IMG/VR virus record: IMGVR_UViG_3300011415_000021
Span: 1-35,518 of that record
DNA length: 35,518 nucleotides
Strand: one strand, 5' to 3'
Origin: a virus
Taxonomy: Duplodnaviria; Caudoviricetes
Position numbers and translations under genes: made by a program. The notes under the pieces were generated by a model. The model made no database searches, was not told the DNA's origin, and saw only the letters and a list, made by a program, of their open reading frames with translations. Shown one piece after another: positions 31,921 to 35,518 of this stretch; the stretch's first letter is position 1, and each line of letters begins with the position of its first letter.

Positions 31921-34586
31921 TGGCGTACGTCGGACGCATTGGCAAAGGCGGACGCGGGCGGCCCCGCAGAGGAGCCGATCAGGGCGGGGGTGCGTCTGGT
32001 GGCGACCCGACGGGAGACTTCGGGACGCACCCGCGTCTCCTCCTAACACCGACGGTCATTACCGCGCTCCAAGCACGCAAGCTGGCGAACACGCCCGAGT
32101 ACGCAGGCGCCGTGGCGTATCTCAACACGTACTTACCCAGTTCATGGGCCACAGCGACCACCCTGTCGAGTGTGGTTGATCTGGGCGATGGTGCGGGCGA
32201 TACGTTTACCGTGACCGACCCGACAGGATTCCCAACCACACAGCATCAAGTGCGGATGGATCTTGAGTTGCTGACCGTCACGCGCGAGGGGAGCACCTTC
32301 ACGATCCAGTCCCGTGGGAACCCGATTCAGAATTATTCCGCTGTCGCGGCCCATCCCTCTGGTTGCAAGATTTACTATCACCCGGCAGGCGGTGAATATA
32401 CCGCGAACACCTGCACCGCCGCACTGCTTCACCAGTTGGGGGATGACACCTACCTCGCCCGCGCACTGAATGGGTTCAGTGCGTTGATGACCATGTACGC
32501 CCCCACCAGTCTCTCGCAGCAATTAAACGCGGTGCGGTGGTACGGCTACCACATCGCGCTAGCCTACGACTGGTTGCACGATGCACTCACGGCGCGTGAG
32601 CGGACGGTGTATAGCCAACTCTTGGCGGACAGTATTTCGTATCACTTGTATACCAACCCGAAAGAAGGGATCGGCTACCACACCGATCAGCGCACCCTTG
32701 AGGCGGTGGTCGGCAACAACATTGCCCTCGGTCAAATCCGCACCATCCTTGCCCAGTCAGCGGCCACGTTTGGCGATAACGCGGCGGCGCAAACCACGTG
32801 GGATGCCGCGCTTACGAAATTCGTGGACTGGATTAAGCCGGGGATGCTCAACGGCCCGCAGTCGGAAGGCTTTACCCCAGAAGGCATGGAATACAACCAG
32901 ACCGACTGGGTGCAACAGATGGAGATTCTCAAAATTATTGAGACCGCCATCACCAGCACGGTGTTTGTGGATTTTGTGCCGTACATGAAGCGGCTGGCGG
33001 AATTTCTGTTTTACGCCACAAAACCAGGATCCACGAGCAACACCACGAAGACGACCGGCTCCATCACCTTGGGGTCGCAGTCGATGACCGTCGCCAGCTC
33101 CTCGACGTTCACCGTGGGGATGGATATTGCCTATGGAGCCGAGCGGAACACGATCGCGGCCATTAGTGGGACGACATGGACGCTGCGGAAGCTCGCGCTG
33201 GCCACCTACAGCTCCACGCAGATTGTGAAATATCCGGCGTTCTTCTCGTTTGGAGACCTGGGGAGCACGTCGAATTTTGATGACTATCAGATTAACGGCG
33301 GCGAGCCGCAACTGGCCCTCACGCAAGCGCAGGCCAAGTTGCAGGAGCTCGGACAACCGACGTGGGCGTCCTATATCGAGCACTGGTTGGACAATGTCGC
33401 TCCGACCGTCTGGAGCCAAACGTCGTCCTATATGGCGTTTCGCTTCTTTCTCGACAAGAACCCAAACATTACTGCCGTCGACTACACCGCCGCGCTGCCG
33501 CTCAATTTTGCCACCGAGAACTCTGAGGCCACGGGGTTACTCCTGGGGCGATCGTCGTGGAGTTCGGATTGCACATTCGTCGGCATGATTGTGGGAGGGT
33601 TCCCCACCGAACACGCGACAGGTTACTACAACAGTTATTTCTTTCAGCGCAAGGGCGTCTATCTCACGCGGCACCACAACGCGTACGGCAACTTCCATCT
33701 GTCCCCCGGCCCCTATCCCGGCTTTGACATTCCACGTGTGGGCGACTGGCGAGAGTTTTACCCCGTCGCGTCTCGGTGGCACAACACCATTTCCATGAAT
33801 GGCCACACGGCGATTCATCCGGTGGGGATTGATCCAACGGGCGGCACGCCTGAGCGCCACGGTGACGGCCCCGCCACACTGGAGCGGTATTTCGCGGCGA
33901 CGACCTACCTGTACGGGCGTGGCGATGCGTCGGATGTCTACACCAATCCGGCCGGGTGGACCGGGATGGGGTACGCCAACGACTACGCCCAAATCTTTAA
34001 GCGGGATTTTCTCTACATCAATGCGTTGGATGCCGTGGTGATTCACGACCGCGTCGGCTACACCACCGCGACTCTGAGTCCCACGGAGTGGCACGCACAC
34101 TTTCCGACAGAACCCACAGTGTCTAGTGGGCGCATCACCGTGACGAATGCGGGCCAAAAGTTGGTGCAGGACATCCTTCTGCCCGCGTCTCCCGCGATCA
34201 CGACGAAGAATTGGGCGACGGTGAACCCGAAAGTGGTGGGCTGGGAAACCACGACCAAGTCGGGCGTGACGGCATCCAGTGAATGGAGCCTGCAACTCTT
34301 GCAGGCGATGGACGATAGTGGCTCTCCTGCGACGGTCACGCTCCTGACGACCACGAATGCGAATGTGCTGCAAATGGGGACGGCGCTGGTGGCCGGTTTC
34401 GTGAAAGACGAGACCCCCTCGCTGCCCATTGTCTACAGCTACACCGGTTCCCCTGCTCACTACGTTGTCGGGTTCGCGATCTCCACACCGTATCACATTA
34501 CCAATAGCGGAGGCGTGGTCACGATTGGCTCAGCGACGGGGTCCGGGGACACCACCACCAATTCTGCGGGGATGCTGATCTTCTAA
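31920..34586 (+). CDS. heparinase II/III-like polysaccharide lyase (putative depolymerase)
   Basis: HPRLLL, ALAYDWL, EGMEY, GRSSW, WHNTI and RDFLYI...VIHDRV motifs of toroid plus beta-sandwich lyases. Confidence 0.7.
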   Translation: MAYVGRIGKGGRGRPRRGADQGGGASGGDPTGDFGTHPRLLLTPTVITALQARKLANTPEYAGAVAYLNTYLPSSWATATTLSSVVDLGDGAGDTFTVTDPTGFPTTQHQVRMDLELLTVTREGSTFTIQSRGNPIQNYSAVAAHPSGCKIYYHPAGGEYTANTCTAALLHQLGDDTYLARALNGFSALMTMYAPTSLSQQLNAVRWYGYHIALAYDWLHDALTARERTVYSQLLADSISYHLYTNPKEGIGYHTDQRTLEAVVGNNIALGQIRTILAQSAATFGDNAAAQTTWDAALTKFVDWIKPGMLNGPQSEGFTPEGMEYNQTDWVQQMEILKIIETAITSTVFVDFVPYMKRLAEFLFYATKPGSTSNTTKTTGSITLGSQSMTVASSSTFTVGMDIAYGAERNTIAAISGTTWTLRKLALATYSSTQIVKYPAFFSFGDLGSTSNFDDYQINGGEPQLALTQAQAKLQELGQPTWASYIEHWLDNVAPTVWSQTSSYMAFRFFLDKNPNITAVDYTAALPLNFATENSEATGLLLGRSSWSSDCTFVGMIVGGFPTEHATGYYNSYFFQRKGVYLTRHHNAYGNFHLSPGPYPGFDIPRVGDWREFYPVASRWHNTISMNGHTAIHPVGIDPTGGTPERHGDGPATLERYFAATTYLYGRGDASDVYTNPAGWTGMGYANDYAQIFKRDFLYINALDAVVIHDRVGYTTATLSPTEWHAHFPTEPTVSSGRITVTNAGQKLVQDILLPASPAITTKNWATVNPKVVGWETTTKSGVTASSEWSLQLLQAMDDSGSPATVTLLTTTNANVLQMGTALVAGFVKDETPSLPIVYSYTGSPAHYVVGFAISTPYHITNSGGVVTIGSATGSGDTTTNSAGMLIF

Positions 34587-35320
34587 TGGCCTACGCCCTC
34601 GTCACCAACGTCGCCGCTGGATCCGCCAATGGCACCTCCGTGACCACGGGCGGAGTGGACACGACTGGCGCGGATCTCATTGTGATCGTGGTCGGCGGAG
34701 GATCGAGCGTGGCCGTCGCCCCAACGGATTCCAAGTCAAACACGTGGACGGCGCTGACGATTAGCAAGGTGGATTCCGGCGAGCGGTGCAGCATGTTTTA
34801 TTGCAGCGCGCCCGTGGTGGGGGCGGCGCACACGTTCTCGATCCCGGTCACGGCGTCGTCGCTGCCCTCGATTTGCGTGGCGGCGTTCAGTGGCGCCAAC
34901 ACCAGCGGGCCGCTCGATCTCCAAGAGCAGGATCAGGCGTGGTTGCCGACCCCCGGCACGAACGATCTGACGGTGGGGGACATTACCCCCTCGGCCGATG
35001 GGGCGCTGGTGGTCTCTGGGGTGGCCGCGAACGTGGCGAACACGTGGACCGTTGAGAGCGTTGGCGGGGGGGGTGGCCTCGCCGCCACGATCACGGATCA
35101 AGTGGCGCGCAACGCCAACCACATCGGATCGGTGTTGGCGTACTACATCTATCCCGGCGCGCCCGCGGCCAGCCGCGTGGTGTGGAACACGGACACGGCC
35201 ACCTCTGCGGCGGGAGCGATTGCGTCATTCCACAACGCGGCCGGCGGGGGCGGGGGCGGCGGTGGGGGTGGCACCACGGGCAGTGGGAGCACGTTGCTCT
35301 TTGCTGTGTTCGGCGGCTAA
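34586..35320 (+). CDS. Thr/Ala/Gly-rich putative virion protein with poly-Gly linker
   Basis: VDTTGADLIVIVV...TDSKSNTWT; G9 linker then TLLFAVFGG. Confidence 0.65.
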   Translation: MAYALVTNVAAGSANGTSVTTGGVDTTGADLIVIVVGGGSSVAVAPTDSKSNTWTALTISKVDSGERCSMFYCSAPVVGAAHTFSIPVTASSLPSICVAAFSGANTSGPLDLQEQDQAWLPTPGTNDLTVGDITPSADGALVVSGVAANVANTWTVESVGGGGGLAATITDQVARNANHIGSVLAYYIYPGAPAASRVVWNTDTATSAAGAIASFHNAAGGGGGGGGGGTTGSGSTLLFAVFGG

Positions 35321-35479
35321 CCAGTAGGTACGACGGAGGCGGGCGGTGCGGGTGTCTTGGGTGAATTGGGCGAGTTGGGCGGCGCAATCCCCACAGCCGA
35401 TGAGACAGAGCACGACGGGGAAGGTCACGAGTCCGGCGAGATAGGCGAGCGCGATCGACAGCAGCATCGGCACCTCCAT
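35225..35479 (-). CDS. possible small membrane protein on the opposite strand
   Basis: Hydrophobic N-terminus and GGAGG before ATG 35467, but it overlaps the previous gene by about 95 nt. Confidence 0.3.
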   Translation of the reverse strand: MEVPMLLSIALAYLAGLVTFPVVLCLIGCGDCAAQLAQFTQDTRTARLRRTYWLAAEHSKEQRAPTARGATPTAAPAPAGRVVE

Positions 35480-35518
35480 GAGCGGGGAGATGAACGTACC
35501 ACAGCCGGCCGTGATCGC

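Noticed and set aside
31087-34496. Long minus-strand ORFs (e.g. 31087-32049, 33537-34496) and similar ones elsewhere
   Set aside because: They are shadow frames of GC-rich + strand genes, with no motifs or RBS.
35243-35271. G-rich run as a G-quadruplex or contingency tract
   Set aside because: Explained by a poly-Gly linker with mixed GGC/GGG/GGT codons.

Overview
This is about 35.5 kb of a GC-rich temperate tailed phage or prophage in lambdoid gene order. It runs through a cI/cro switch with shared operators, an HNH gene and a cII-like gene, then ERF/YqaJ/SSB recombination genes and a replication initiator with internal repeats. An accessory block follows, with C5- and N6A-DNA methyltransferases, an Acb2/Tad1-like sponge protein and a VRR-NUC nuclease, several of them bounded by short repeats. 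Next is a 5.2 kb nonulosonic (sialic-acid-like) sugar synthesis and transfer cluster (CTase-MTase fusion, two glycosyltransferase-like genes, NeuB, cupin, NeuA) flanked by two NrdR-type Zn ribbons. The late region holds terminase, a large podovirus-type portal, GroES, scaffold, a structured leader RNA, major capsid and a free-standing LAGLIDADG endonuclease. It ends with Ser/Thr-rich structural or accessory genes, three with Sec signal peptides, plus a beta-helix protein and a heparinase II/III-like lyase. No integrase, lysis genes or tail tube/tape measure were recognised in the window. The most notable items are the nonulosonate pathway, the exported late proteins, [DE]RR arrays resembling c-di-GMP-binding motifs on the repressor, repeat-bounded anti-defence cassettes and a hairpin-gated homing endonuclease next to a recoded capsid 3' end. 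All family calls come from motif recognition by eye; no searches were run.
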